Counted from the first letter of the stretch, positions 36,347 through 46,474 are shown. The stretch is DNA of 64,000 bases from Hadesarchaea archaeon (GCA_029259175.1 JAPDJH010000001.1:128001-192000); one strand, 5' to 3'. The notes: generated by a model not told the origin, from the sequence alone. Program-made: numbers and translations.

Positions 36347-38526
36347 AGCACTGGGTGTCTCGAGCCGGTGGAGAACTAATCCTGACGGTGGAGTGTCAAT
36401 CATGCCAATCGGAAGGGGCTGTAGAATCTTCCCCCGTATGCCTCAAACACGTGCTGGAGCTACTGAGAGAGAACCCGGATGTCTCGAGAGTCGTGCTTCG
36501 CTCCAAGTGCACGCGCGAGTACTCGGGTGAGGGTCTCGAAATTTTAAAACAACACGCCGAACTCCTGAGAAAGGAAAAGAGACTTCCGTTGATCCAGTTC
36601 GGGGATGGCAAGTGCAATCGCTGCGAGACGCCCAGGCTGAACAAACTGAAACAGGTATTCCACTGCTTGGCAGAGCGACCGGCAGAGGGCGCCAAGCAAC
36701 TCGAACACTTCCGGCGAGAACTACGCTCGAAACTCCGGCGTGGATCGAAGCGGTGCGTTCGGTGCAGGCAACGATTTCTCGAGGAGGTGATCCAGCCGCT
36801 GCTGCTGACTCTCCAGCACAATCAGCTCACCCGTCTTCTCGGCCAGGGCAAAACCATGGAAGAAATTCTGCGACCCCTTCTGCGCCCCGCATTCGTGCCG
36901 ACACGATTCGAACTGGACATCCCGTCCACGGCAACGCTCGTAAGCTCATATGATGTGGGAGAAACCAAAATCCAGATCTACTACAACCGAGAGAAACTGC
37001 AACATCTCTACTTTGTGGTCCCGCCCGAGTACAGCATGCCATGGGAGAAGATAGAGTTGCTGGCCCGCGCGAGGGAGAAACTGCTGGAAGATCCCCCGGA
37101 ATTCGATTCGAACCTCTGCGGGGCCAGACAAAAAGTGAAAAACCGGATTGAAGAAATCCTGCTCGAACTAATAGCAGGAGAACAATGCCCGTGCTCCGAG
37201 GAAGAACTCTCCCTGCTCGCGTCTTACCTGACACGGTTCACCATCGGACTGGGGATCGTGGAGGTGCTCCTCGCTGACCCAAAAATCCAAGACATATACA
37301 TCGATTCCCCCTGCGGCGAAACACCGGTGTACATCAACCACCGGGACTTTCAGGAGTGTGAGACCAACATCTACATGTCGGAGGAAGAACTCGAAGCGCT
37401 CATCTCCAAGCTCAGGCTCATAAGCAAGCGTCCGTTCTCCGAAGCCCACCCGGTTCTGGACGCCCAAGTGGATGAGACCAGAATAACGGCCGTAGGGCCT
37501 CCGCTGAGTCCCGGCGGAATCGCACTCGCCATCAGGCGCCACAAGCCCACCCCTTGGACTCTGCCCCAGATGGTTCGGAGCAAGCTCCTCACCCCCTTCG
37601 CCGCGGGATTGCTCAGTCTTTTGGTGGACGGAAAAACAACGGTGCTCATAACTGGGAGCCGGGGTGCTGGTAAGACCTCACTGCTGGGGGCGCTCATCAC
37701 TGAGATAGCCCCGCGTTACAGAATCATCACGATCGAAGACACGTCGGAACTCCCGGTGCGCCAGTTAAAACGGGCGGGGTACAAGATCGAAAGTCTGTGC
37801 AATCGATCGTCGGTTTCCGGATCGGGGATAGAACTGGGGGTCGAGGAATCGCTCCGAACGGCCTTGCGCCTGGGAGACTCCGTGCTGGTGATCGGAGAGG
37901 TGCGCGGGCCGGAGGCAAAAATCCTGTACGAGGCGATGCGCATCGGAGCCGCCGGCAACACGGTGATGGGAACCATTCACGGATCCTCCGCGCGGGACGT
38001 GTTCGAGCGGGTGGTATTCGATCTCGGCGTCCCACCCACATCATTCAAGTCCACCGATGTGATTCTCACCGTCGCTCCCATTCACCTCCACGGCGGTCTG
38101 TACTGGAAGCGGCGCTTGGTGCAGCTCGTCGAAGTCCGGAAGAACTGGAAAAACGGGACAGAGCCGTCTTTTTACAAACTCTTGGACTATGATGTGTCTT
38201 CCGATTCGCTAAAAATCGGCGGATTGCGGAAATCCGAGGTCTTGCAGCGGGTCGCGCAGAAATGGGGCACTTCCACGCGCGAGGTCCTGAAGAACTTGGA
38301 ACTGAGAGCCAAGATCTGCTCGCGCTTGGTCGCCATGTCGGAAAAACACGGACTCCCGCAGCTGCTGGAGGTCGACTTTGTTGTCCGCTCCAATCTCAAA
38401 TGGCGCGGATATCTTGAACGCTCCTACGGGCGCCGCCCCTCTAACCGTCGGGTATACGCGAAATGGACGAGGTGGTTGGCAAATGAGGTTTCTGATTTGG
38501 AAACGAGAAAAAGAGGAACACCCTGA
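36343..38526 (+). CDS. Type IV pilus/type II secretion ATPase (VirB11/FlaI-like) with Cys-rich N-terminus
   Basis: GSRGAGKTS, TIEDTSEL, LRLGDSVLVIGEVRG, GTIHG. TTG start with GGAGG RBS. Confidence 0.9.
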   Translation: MKHWVSRAGGELILTVECQSCQSEGAVESSPVCLKHVLELLRENPDVSRVVLRSKCTREYSGEGLEILKQHAELLRKEKRLPLIQFGDGKCNRCETPRLNKLKQVFHCLAERPAEGAKQLEHFRRELRSKLRRGSKRCVRCRQRFLEEVIQPLLLTLQHNQLTRLLGQGKTMEEILRPLLRPAFVPTRFELDIPSTATLVSSYDVGETKIQIYYNREKLQHLYFVVPPEYSMPWEKIELLARAREKLLEDPPEFDSNLCGARQKVKNRIEEILLELIAGEQCPCSEEELSLLASYLTRFTIGLGIVEVLLADPKIQDIYIDSPCGETPVYINHRDFQECETNIYMSEEELEALISKLRLISKRPFSEAHPVLDAQVDETRITAVGPPLSPGGIALAIRRHKPTPWTLPQMVRSKLLTPFAAGLLSLLVDGKTTVLITGSRGAGKTSLLGALITEIAPRYRIITIEDTSELPVRQLKRAGYKIESLCNRSSVSGSGIELGVEESLRTALRLGDSVLVIGEVRGPEAKILYEAMRIGAAGNTVMGTIHGSSARDVFERVVFDLGVPPTSFKSTDVILTVAPIHLHGGLYWKRRLVQLVEVRKNWKNGTEPSFYKLLDYDVSSDSLKIGGLRKSEVLQRVAQKWGTSTREVLKNLELRAKICSRLVAMSEKHGLPQLLEVDFVVRSNLKWRGYLERSYGRRPSNRRVYAKWTRWLANEVSDLETRKRGTP

Positions 38527-39925
38527 TATCGCCCAACACCTTACCGCTCTAGCCGTTGAGCTGGAGATGCACCAGAACCTCGAAGTGGCACTTGTACGGG
38601 CGGCAGAATCACTGGATGAGAAAGCGAAGCCAAGTGGCAAAAAGCTGTTTCGGTTTTTGCTGTCCTCAACCCCTTTGAGCGAGCATCAGCTGGTGGAAGA
38701 ACCAGACAATCCCTCCGTAATTCGAAGGGCGTGGTGCCTCCTCCAGCGCTCCACCAAAATGCGTGAGGGGGAAAACCGCCACCTAACTCTGAACCAGGCC
38801 GTGGGTATGGTGCTCAACGATTTGTGCGAAAGCACCAAAAAATTCGTGGGCAAAACCCATCTCAAAATATTGCTCCTCTACGGGATCGGCGTGCTGGCAC
38901 CGCTGATTCTCGCTGGTTTGATTCCAGCGTGGACCCTCATCGGCGGCAGTGCGAACACGCTCCATATAGCCCTCATATACTGTGGGATCCTTCCTGTGCT
39001 CGTGTTCTGGCTCATCAACCAGATACTGGCCGAACGCCCGCCCCTCATCCAGCCGCCGCAGATCCCCTTGCCGCCGCTCACGCTCAAGATGGTCGGTTTT
39101 GCCCTCCCTTCGCTGGGAATTCTGGTCGCGGCAAGGATTGGCGGTCTGGAAGGGTTTCCGCTCGTGTTCGCGGGGCTGTGGACGGCCGTGCTCGCCGTAG
39201 GGATTGTTCTCATAATCTGGGTGAAGGAACCCTATCTCCGGCGGAAGAGAGCAGAGGAGGCTGAGAGCGAGCTCCCAGACGCACTGCTGGAGATCGGGAG
39301 CATGCTCAAAGAGGGCCTTCCAATCGAAGAAGTCCTGAACAAAACGGCTAAAACCAGAAGCGGACACGAACTCGGCAAAATGGTGAGACGGATACACGCG
39401 ACGCGCCTCATGGGCGAAGACATCGATCAATCACCAGCGGGCGACTCGGTTGTATCAGAGCGCGCGTGGAGGCATTTGCAGATGGTTATCCGCCTCGCCA
39501 AGCGGAGTTCTGAAGCAGCGGGCGGGTGTATAATCCGGATTGCCCACCACTTGAAACGGCTCGAAGAGATCAAACAGGAGATCAAGCTCGCGCTTCAGGA
39601 ACTGACTTCGTCCATGCGCTCGGTGGCCCTCTTCTTCGCGCCGCTGGTGATAGCCATAACCGCACGGATGCACGAGATTATCGAAAAACGCGGGGGCGGA
39701 TTCCTCACATCGACGACCAGCGGCTCTGCCGGGGTGGTCGCCGCGTTTGGGGCCTACTCGGTGATCCTCAGCGGGCTGTTGCTGTACTTCGCTGTGGGAT
39801 TAGAGCTGGGCGACGATCGCATCGTGAAGCGGTTGGCTGTGGGGATCGGCTGCATTATCGCCTTGGCGGTTTTTACACTCAGCTGGATGGCCGGGGGCGT
39901 CCTGCTCACGTTCTTGGCCGTTTGA
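38483..39925 (+). CDS. TadC/FlaJ-like membrane platform protein
   Basis: Multiple TM helices, ESELPDALLEIGSML..GLPIE; follows the ATPase. Confidence 0.8.
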   Translation: MRFLIWKREKEEHPDIAQHLTALAVELEMHQNLEVALVRAAESLDEKAKPSGKKLFRFLLSSTPLSEHQLVEEPDNPSVIRRAWCLLQRSTKMREGENRHLTLNQAVGMVLNDLCESTKKFVGKTHLKILLLYGIGVLAPLILAGLIPAWTLIGGSANTLHIALIYCGILPVLVFWLINQILAERPPLIQPPQIPLPPLTLKMVGFALPSLGILVAARIGGLEGFPLVFAGLWTAVLAVGIVLIIWVKEPYLRRKRAEEAESELPDALLEIGSMLKEGLPIEEVLNKTAKTRSGHELGKMVRRIHATRLMGEDIDQSPAGDSVVSERAWRHLQMVIRLAKRSSEAAGGCIIRIAHHLKRLEEIKQEIKLALQELTSSMRSVALFFAPLVIAITARMHEIIEKRGGGFLTSTTSGSAGVVAAFGAYSVILSGLLLYFAVGLELGDDRIVKRLAVGIGCIIALAVFTLSWMAGGVLLTFLAV

Positions 39926-39962
39926 CCTTGGAAATTTAAACAGGAAAAACCAGAGTTTACTC

Positions 39963-40799
39963 GTGAGACGGATGGAGAGGGTGACCACCGCCACGTTTCG
40001 CGAGCTAAAAGCCCGCGGAGAGCCGATAGTCATGGTCTCCGCGTACGATTATCTGACAGCCAAATTCTCCGACGAGGCGGGAGTGGACTCAATTCTCGTG
40101 GGGGATTCGCTTGCCGGCAACGTGCTGGGGTACGCCAACACGCTTCCGGTGACGATGGAAGAGATGCTGCACCACACACGGGCGGTGGCCCGAGGAGCAC
40201 GCAGGGCGCTGGTGGTGGGCGACATGCCGTTCATGTCGTATCAGGCGAGCGTCGAGGAGGCCGTCCGCAATGCCGGACGATTCGTGAAGGAAGCGGGGGC
40301 GCAGGCAGTAAAGGTAGAGGGCGGTTCGGGCGTCCACGACAAGATCGAAGCAATAGTGAAGGCGGGCATCCCGGTCATGGGGCACTTGGGCCTGACACCC
40401 CAGTGGATATACCAGCTGGGAGGGTACAAGGTGCAGGGGAGGTCTGCGAGTGCGGCGAGACAGCTCGTGCGCGAAGCCCGATTGTTGGAGGAGCTCGGTG
40501 TCTTCAGCCTGGTTCTGGAATGCGTTCCGTGGCGAGTGGCGAAACGCATAACCAGAAGCCTTCAAATCCCGGTCATCGGATGCGGGGCGGGGCCCTACTG
40601 CGACGGCCAGGTGCTTGTTCTTCACGATTTGATCGGGCTCACCGAGAAGACCCCGAAATTCGTGAAACGCTACGCCGAGGTGGGGCAGATCATAAAAGAA
40701 TCCCTTCGGCGCTACCGGGACGAGGTGAAAAAGCGCGAGTTTCCCACTCTCGCGCACTCCTACGGAACAAAAAGGAAGAAACGGACTCAACAAGTTTAA
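39963..40799 (+). CDS. panB: Ketopantoate hydroxymethyltransferase
   Basis: SAYDY, ILVGDSL, DMPFMSY, VKVEGG, GHLGLTPQ, DGQVLV. Confidence 0.97.
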   Translation: MRRMERVTTATFRELKARGEPIVMVSAYDYLTAKFSDEAGVDSILVGDSLAGNVLGYANTLPVTMEEMLHHTRAVARGARRALVVGDMPFMSYQASVEEAVRNAGRFVKEAGAQAVKVEGGSGVHDKIEAIVKAGIPVMGHLGLTPQWIYQLGGYKVQGRSASAARQLVREARLLEELGVFSLVLECVPWRVAKRITRSLQIPVIGCGAGPYCDGQVLVLHDLIGLTEKTPKFVKRYAEVGQIIKESLRRYRDEVKKREFPTLAHSYGTKRKKRTQQV

Positions 40800-40845
40800 A
40801 TAAATGCGTGTTGAAGACTAAGCGATTGATAAGGGAGGTGAATGG

Positions 40846-41010
40846 ATGGCATATGTGGTAAAGTCGATGGTTAGAAAGTTGCTCAAAGGGATGAGGGCGA
40901 GTGAGGACTTCTTCACCAGCCTGGACGCTCTCGTTGCTGACCAGGTGAAGAAAGCAATTCAGCGAGCAAAGGCGAACGGTAGGAAGACTGTCCGAGGCTG
41001 CGACCTCTAA
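40846..41010 (+). CDS. Small histone-fold protein (DUF1931/face-to-face type), 54 aa
   Basis: Below ORF-track cutoff: MAYVVKSMVRKLLKGMRASEDFFTSLDALVADQVKKAIQRAKANGRKTVRGCDL; GGAGGTG RBS; T-rich terminator downstream. Confidence 0.88.
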   Translation: MAYVVKSMVRKLLKGMRASEDFFTSLDALVADQVKKAIQRAKANGRKTVRGCDL

Positions 41011-41040
41011 AAGCCCTCATTCCTTCATATTTTTTCTTTT

Positions 41041-41430
41041 TTACTTGACCCGCTCGATTTTTCTTCTCCCCAAAGCCTGGATGTACTCTACTTCGACGCC
41101 TTCCTTGACCTCGCCGCGCAGATTGATGGGAATCGGAAGTTCGAAGGTCTCATATGTGTTCAAATCCATGAGCTGCGCGTGAGTGCCCACAACCGCCAGC
41201 ACCTGCGCCGAGCCTCTCTCGATGATGGGGACTTCCACCGTTGCGCTCGTGGGGCGAATTATGGTGTGCTTCTGGGAATCGAACAGGCCGATCGCGTCGA
41301 TTTTTGCTTTGGCGTGGCCGTGCTTCCCTGGCGCCGAAACAGTGATGCCCACAATCCTGCACGGCTCGTTGTCGATGATAACGAATCGGCCCTCCTTGAG
41401 CTTTCCAACTTCAACGACCTCCTTCGTCAT
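41041..41430 (-). CDS. eif5a: Translation factor aIF5A
   Basis: SAPGKHGHAKA hypusine motif. Confidence 0.97.
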   Translation of the reverse strand: MTKEVVEVGKLKEGRFVIIDNEPCRIVGITVSAPGKHGHAKAKIDAIGLFDSQKHTIIRPTSATVEVPIIERGSAQVLAVVGTHAQLMDLNTYETFELPIPINLRGEVKEGVEVEYIQALGRRKIERVK

Positions 41431-41506
41431 CGCGACACCTTTTTCTCATATCCGAACTCGTTTAAAAAAGTGGCGGCGAAGTTAAAAACTCGGTCTTGAA
41501 ATTTGT

Positions 41507-42316
41507 ATGGTGGCCATGAAGCTCGGAATTGTAGCGAAAACACAGCTTGCCGAGGCCGTGGAGCTCAGTCGCAAGGTGCTGGAGATCGCCGGGGAGGAGA
41601 GAGTAGTTCTGGGACCCCAGATATCGCAGGCCCTAAACGCCACGTTCAGACCCGAAGAATTCAAAAGTGTTGGCGCGGTCATCGCGATAGGAGGGGACGG
41701 CACGGTTCTGCGCGCTCATCGTTTGGTTGTGGAAAAACCGGTGATTGGAATCAACGTCGGGGAGCGAGGATTTCTGGCGGAAGCCGAGCCGGCAGAAGTG
41801 GAGGCCGTGGTGGAGAATTTGTTGAAAAAGCGCTTCGAGGTCTTGGAAGCGCCCAAGCTGGCTCCAACGGTGAAAGGGCGAGAACTGCCGGACGCCGTGA
41901 ACGACATTGTAGTTCTGCCGAGAAAAGTGGGCAAGACCATATCGCTGGAAGTGTTCATCGACAAAGAGTTCGCCTTTCGGTTTCGAGGAGACGGGATAGT
42001 GGTGGCCACACCCACTGGGAGTACCGGATACGCACGGTCGGCTGGGGGCTCGATACTGGATCCGCAGACGGACACTCTCACGCTGGTGCCCATCTGTCCA
42101 TCCGCGCCGCAGGCCCCAAAGCTCGTCGTGCCATCGAGAAGAGAGATCGTGGTCAAGGCGGTTCGGCCGGGGGAGAGAGGAGTCGTGGTGGTGGACGGAT
42201 ACCAAGAGGCCGAACTGGGACTTGACGAAACCGTGAGCATTAGGAAATCCAAAACCGTGGCAAAATTCGTGGTGTGGAAAAAATTTTACCGGAAACTCGA
42301 GGAGAAGCTCCTGTGA
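41507..42316 (+). CDS. nadK: NAD kinase
   Basis: GGDGTVL, AVND, GDGIVVATPTGSTGY. Confidence 0.93.
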   Translation: MVAMKLGIVAKTQLAEAVELSRKVLEIAGEERVVLGPQISQALNATFRPEEFKSVGAVIAIGGDGTVLRAHRLVVEKPVIGINVGERGFLAEAEPAEVEAVVENLLKKRFEVLEAPKLAPTVKGRELPDAVNDIVVLPRKVGKTISLEVFIDKEFAFRFRGDGIVVATPTGSTGYARSAGGSILDPQTDTLTLVPICPSAPQAPKLVVPSRREIVVKAVRPGERGVVVVDGYQEAELGLDETVSIRKSKTVAKFVVWKKFYRKLEEKLL

Positions 42317-42792
42317 CCGTGTACGTGCTGGACACCTCTGCCTTTTTGCACGTGACCCCCACCACCCTCCGAGGAGAACTCCTCACGGCGAAGGAGGTCA
42401 TTGAGGAAGCGAAGAGCTTGGAGCTGCAGACCAAAGTGGAGACTGCTTTGGTTCAAGGAGTGGTCAAGGTGGTGAGCCCATCCAGCAGCGCCCTCAGAAA
42501 GGTGAAGCAAGAGATGAAGCGGACGGGCGACAGGCTCTCGGTGGCTGACATCAAGGTGCTGGCCATAGCACTCGAGCGGAAAGAAGAAAATCCCGTGCTT
42601 TTGACGGACGATTACGCAATGCAAAATCTGGCGGAGCGGCTGGGAGTGAGGTATCGGGCGCTCCGCACGCCCGGAATCAAGAAAACCCTAAAATGGATTC
42701 GGTGGTGCCCCGCTTGCAAGAAAGAGGTAAAAGCGAATGCGAAGGAGTGTCCCGTGTGTGGAACCAAAACCTGCCGGAGGGCACTCGGCTGA
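42313..42792 (+). CDS. nob1: Nob1 endonuclease (PIN + Zn ribbon)
   Basis: VLDTSAF, LSVADI, TDDYAMQN, CPAC/CPVCG. Confidence 0.9.
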   Translation: MTVYVLDTSAFLHVTPTTLRGELLTAKEVIEEAKSLELQTKVETALVQGVVKVVSPSSSALRKVKQEMKRTGDRLSVADIKVLAIALERKEENPVLLTDDYAMQNLAERLGVRYRALRTPGIKKTLKWIRWCPACKKEVKANAKECPVCGTKTCRRALG

Positions 42793-42856
42793 AAACAAGC
42801 AAGTTTATAAAGCGGAAGCAGAATTTCTCTTGAGCGGAACGGAGGGGTGAAACGGG

Positions 42857-43543
42857 TTGTTAGGTGGAAAACTCGAAACCGAAGCATTCAAGATCTTGAA
42901 AAACAACGCCAAAGCCGTGTACGACGTGGTAAAAAAGTTTGAGGAATTCATGAACGCCTACTTCGTGGAGGAGAATCTCGACAAAGCCGAACAGTTGGGG
43001 AGAGAGGTCTCGTCACTCGAAACGAAAGCCGATAAGGGGCGACGGGACTTTTTGGCGGTGCTGCACAAGGGGGCCTTCCTGCCGGCATTTCGAGGCGACC
43101 TCGCTTGGCTGGCCGAAAGACTTGACCGGGTAGCGGACACCACGGAGGGGGCGATGCGAGCGGTGCTGCTCCGAAAACAGTTGTTACAGGCCATCAAAAA
43201 GGCCGAAAAGAGAAGCCGCCGGGTAAGGGAGTGGAGACAGCGCTTCTCGAAGATGGCCCAGCTGACCACGCAAACGGTAGAAGTGCTCAAAGAGGCTGTC
43301 GAAGCGCTCGAGAAAGATATCGACACGGCACTCCGCAAAGCGAAGGACGTGGACAGTTTAGAACACGAAGTCGATTTGATAGAGCAGGAGACCGTTAACG
43401 ACCTCTACGAGCTGGAGAAGCTTCTCGATCCTTTAAGTGTCGTGCAGCTAGCCGATATCTTGCGCAGAACTGGTAACATCTCCGATCGCGCAGAGGATAT
43501 GAGTGACTCGATTGCTATTCTAGCTATGACTCTCACCATGTGA
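42857..43543 (+). CDS. DUF47/TIGR00153 Pit accessory protein
   Basis: LETKADKGRR, AFLPAFRGD, LEHEVD, ISDRAED; next to the pit genes. Confidence 0.88.
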   Translation: MLGGKLETEAFKILKNNAKAVYDVVKKFEEFMNAYFVEENLDKAEQLGREVSSLETKADKGRRDFLAVLHKGAFLPAFRGDLAWLAERLDRVADTTEGAMRAVLLRKQLLQAIKKAEKRSRRVREWRQRFSKMAQLTTQTVEVLKEAVEALEKDIDTALRKAKDVDSLEHEVDLIEQETVNDLYELEKLLDPLSVVQLADILRRTGNISDRAEDMSDSIAILAMTLTM

Positions 43544-43669
43544 GAAAAGCTCTAACAGCGCTAACAAAATCCATACCACCAGTAGTCCCAAATAGGGATT
43601 ATCGGCACACCAGCCGACGGCCAATCCGGCCAGCACGCTCAGCACGCCCAGCATCTGCCATCGCTCCAT
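43520..43669 (-). CDS. 49-aa membrane microprotein (paralogue A)
   Basis: MERWQMLGVLSVLAGLAVGWCADNPYLGLLVVWILLALLELFSHGESHS; starts 1 nt after the pit stop. Confidence 0.7.
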   Translation of the reverse strand: MERWQMLGVLSVLAGLAVGWCADNPYLGLLVVWILLALLELFSHGESHS

Positions 43670-43670
43670 C

Positions 43671-44729
43671 TCATGCCCCCATCAACAACCATGTTAGTCC
43701 AAAAGCTATCGCTATAGGCACAAGCGGGGTGAGCACCCAAGCGAGTGAAATTATTCCTATCTTTTTCCCTCGCACGGTCGAGACGCCTCCGACCAAGCCC
43801 GCGCCTATGACCCCTCCAACTGCAGAGTGGCTGGTAGACACCGGCATTCCAAACATTGTGAGAATGTATACGGTTACGGCCGTGCCAGCCTGGGCCGCGA
43901 AAGCTGTGGGCGGTGCGAGCACGGTGATGTGCTTTCCCAGCGTTTCGATCACGCGATGGCTGAACATAATGGCCCCGCACGCGATAGCCGCGCCTCCAAA
44001 GATCTTCAACAACCCCATATCGAAGCCGGGATTGGCCGCTCCTACTGCACCCACAGCATTTCCCACATCGTTGGCGCCGAAGGAGTATGCCACAAAACAT
44101 GCGGTGAGTATGGTGAGTATCCCGTAGAGCTTGTTGAGCTCGACCACATCGCGAACACGGTGGAGAAAAACGCTAGACACGTGATAGATCAGGAAAGCGA
44201 AAAATATGGCACTCGGGACCGTAAGGATCCAAGAGAGTACGATCTGAGCGAGCTTCGCATAGCTGAGCTGAACTCCCGGCCCCGAAAGGGCCGGCGGAGA
44301 GAAGAAAACCAGAGCCAAGCCCGACCCCAGCACGCCACCCACGATGGAGTGGGAAGTTGAAACTGGAAGGCCGAGTCTGGTCGCTGAGGCCACCCACAAC
44401 GCTGCGGCGAGAATTGCAGCCAAAGCGCCCACCGGCACATAGGTGAAGGGGGTGGGCGATGCTCCGGCCGGTAAGTTGAGGTTTTCCAAACTTACGGCGT
44501 TCTCGTTTTCGAACAACACTATGCCTTTCCCTATCGTCTTCATCACGTATTCTCCTTGCAGAACTGCTCCTGCAATTGCGAAACAGGCAAACAGAATGAC
44601 AGCACGTCTCAAAGGCAGAATGCCCGCACCAACCGAGGTTGCCATAGAGTTGGCTGCGTCGTTCCCACCCATGCTCCAGCCCATGAAGAAAGCCGTTGCA
44701 AACGTTGCCAGCAACAACCATTCAATCAA
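43671..44729 (-). CDS. pit: PiT-family inorganic phosphate transporter
   Basis: GGNDAAN, GLPVSTSH, GANDVGN. Confidence 0.93.
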   Translation of the reverse strand: MIEWLLLATFATAFFMGWSMGGNDAANSMATSVGAGILPLRRAVILFACFAIAGAVLQGEYVMKTIGKGIVLFENENAVSLENLNLPAGASPTPFTYVPVGALAAILAAALWVASATRLGLPVSTSHSIVGGVLGSGLALVFFSPPALSGPGVQLSYAKLAQIVLSWILTVPSAIFFAFLIYHVSSVFLHRVRDVVELNKLYGILTILTACFVAYSFGANDVGNAVGAVGAANPGFDMGLLKIFGGAAIACGAIMFSHRVIETLGKHITVLAPPTAFAAQAGTAVTVYILTMFGMPVSTSHSAVGGVIGAGLVGGVSTVRGKKIGIISLAWVLTPLVPIAIAFGLTWLLMGA

Positions 44730-44799
44730 TTTTTCACCGTCTTTATTACGCAGGAAAAATAAAAATTGTTGACACTTAAAAGAGAGAGTGGGAAGCGCG

Positions 44800-44949
44800 A
44801 TGGAAAGGTGGCAGGTTACCTATCTCGCCGGACTTGCTGTGGGGCTCCTGTTGGGGTATCTGGTCGAACCCCACTTGGGAGCCGCTTTCATAATTCTCTA
44901 TATATTGGGTGCTGAGATGGTGTTTTCAACTCGTGCTCAGAAAAAGTGA
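44800..44949 (+). CDS. 49-aa membrane microprotein (paralogue B)
   Basis: MERWQVTYLAGLAVGLLLGYLVEPHLGAAFIILYILGAEMVFSTRAQKK. Confidence 0.7.
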   Translation: MERWQVTYLAGLAVGLLLGYLVEPHLGAAFIILYILGAEMVFSTRAQKK

Positions 44950-45950
44950 ATCAAATACGTGAGCAAGAACGCAACGGCCATGGCCGAGAGAGTGGTCACA
45001 AACCACATGAGTGCGATTGTCGCCATTTTGCGTCCCCGAACAGCGCGCACACCCTTGACCAGACCCGCCCCCAGCACTCCACCAACAATGGACTGAGATG
45101 TGGATACCGGCAGGCCCCACTGAGTGAAGGTGTGAACGGTAAGCGCGGCAGCCAGCTGGGCAACGAAAGCAGTCATCGGCTCCAGCCGGGTGATTCCCTC
45201 ACCGACCGTTCGCATCACCCGACGACCATACGTGATGCCACCCACGGCAACAGCCACCGCTCCAAAAAGGGCCAGCTGTTGTGCAAAGCCGGCACCGAGA
45301 GATTCCTTCCCCACTGCATACATGGCGGCCATTGCGGTGCCCACATCGTTTGCCCCCATCACGTACGCCACATAGCAGCCGCTGAACAGAACCATAACGG
45401 AAAATAGCAGATTGACGGTCGTAATGGATTTTATCCTGCGCACTGGTATGGAAGCCAGCTTGTAGATGATGTAGGCGAAGAAAGCTGCGCTGAAAGGCGT
45501 GATCACCCAGGCCGAGAAGATGGTCAGCAATTTTCCTGTGTGCACTTCGGTAGGAACCTCGCCCCAAGCGCTCATAGCGAAACCAGCACCCACAAGAGCT
45601 CCGATTATGGCTTGGTGCGTGGAAACGGGGACGCCAAAGTAAGTTGCAACGGTGACCCACACGCCTGCTATAAGCATTGAAATGACGACGACCTCGGGCA
45701 TAGAGCTCAGCGGGGATGGGCCACCAGCCGGGTTGGTGATTATTCCCTCCCCGACAGGCTTCATCACCTTGTATCCTTCAAGCATTGCTCCGAGAATCAC
45801 GAAAATTGCGAGCAGGGCCACTGCCCGCCGAAAGTTGATCACGTGAGCACCCACCGAGGTGCCCATGGCGTTGGCCGTATCGTTGGATCCGATGTTCCAC
45901 CCAATGTAGAACGTCGCGGTTAGCGCTAGCAACGTAACGATTTCGAGCAT
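44937..45950 (-). CDS. pit: PiT-family inorganic phosphate transporter
   Basis: GSNDTAN, GVPVSTHQ, GANDVG, GLPVSTSQ. Confidence 0.93.
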   Translation of the reverse strand: MLEIVTLLALTATFYIGWNIGSNDTANAMGTSVGAHVINFRRAVALLAIFVILGAMLEGYKVMKPVGEGIITNPAGGPSPLSSMPEVVVISMLIAGVWVTVATYFGVPVSTHQAIIGALVGAGFAMSAWGEVPTEVHTGKLLTIFSAWVITPFSAAFFAYIIYKLASIPVRRIKSITTVNLLFSVMVLFSGCYVAYVMGANDVGTAMAAMYAVGKESLGAGFAQQLALFGAVAVAVGGITYGRRVMRTVGEGITRLEPMTAFVAQLAAALTVHTFTQWGLPVSTSQSIVGGVLGAGLVKGVRAVRGRKMATIALMWFVTTLSAMAVAFLLTYLIHFF

Positions 45951-45963
45951 TTGAGAGACCTCA

Positions 45964-46455
45964 TTAGAGTTCTACTATCTCGGCTTCGAGAGAGGAGAGA
46001 TCCAGCAAGGCTACGGTTTGCCGGCCCGTAAGATAGCCGCAGACCTCCCCCGGATTGATTACCAGAGCCTTGTCTCGTGAGATCCCGGCTCGGTGGGTGT
46101 GCCCGCGAACCACCACATCGAACAGGCCCGATCTGGCAAGAGCCTCGACTACGCGTTCGCTCGTGCCGTGAAGCAAGGCTATCTTCCGGCCGGCCAGCTC
46201 AAGGGTTGCGAACTCTCCCAAGGGTTTTACACCGATTTCCCCAAATTTCACCGTAATAAAACTCCGATCGCCTTCGTTGTTGCCCCACACGTAGTAGAGC
46301 TTTGCGTTGAGCTTTGCGAATCGTGGGGCCACGAAGGGAGAAACGAGGTCGCCAGCATGTAACACGTGTTTCACGCCCTGCCGGTTGAAGAACTCGATTG
46401 CCCGGTCGACCGCGTCGATCCGGTCGTGGGTGTCGGACATCACACCTATCTTCAT
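45964..46455 (-). CDS. YfcE/MJ0936-like metallophosphoesterase
   Basis: MSDTHD, HAGD, GNNE, LHG, GHTH, NPGE. Confidence 0.9.
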   Translation of the reverse strand: MKIGVMSDTHDRIDAVDRAIEFFNRQGVKHVLHAGDLVSPFVAPRFAKLNAKLYYVWGNNEGDRSFITVKFGEIGVKPLGEFATLELAGRKIALLHGTSERVVEALARSGLFDVVVRGHTHRAGISRDKALVINPGEVCGYLTGRQTVALLDLSSLEAEIVEL

Positions 46456-46474
46456 CCCCGTCACCACCACCATT

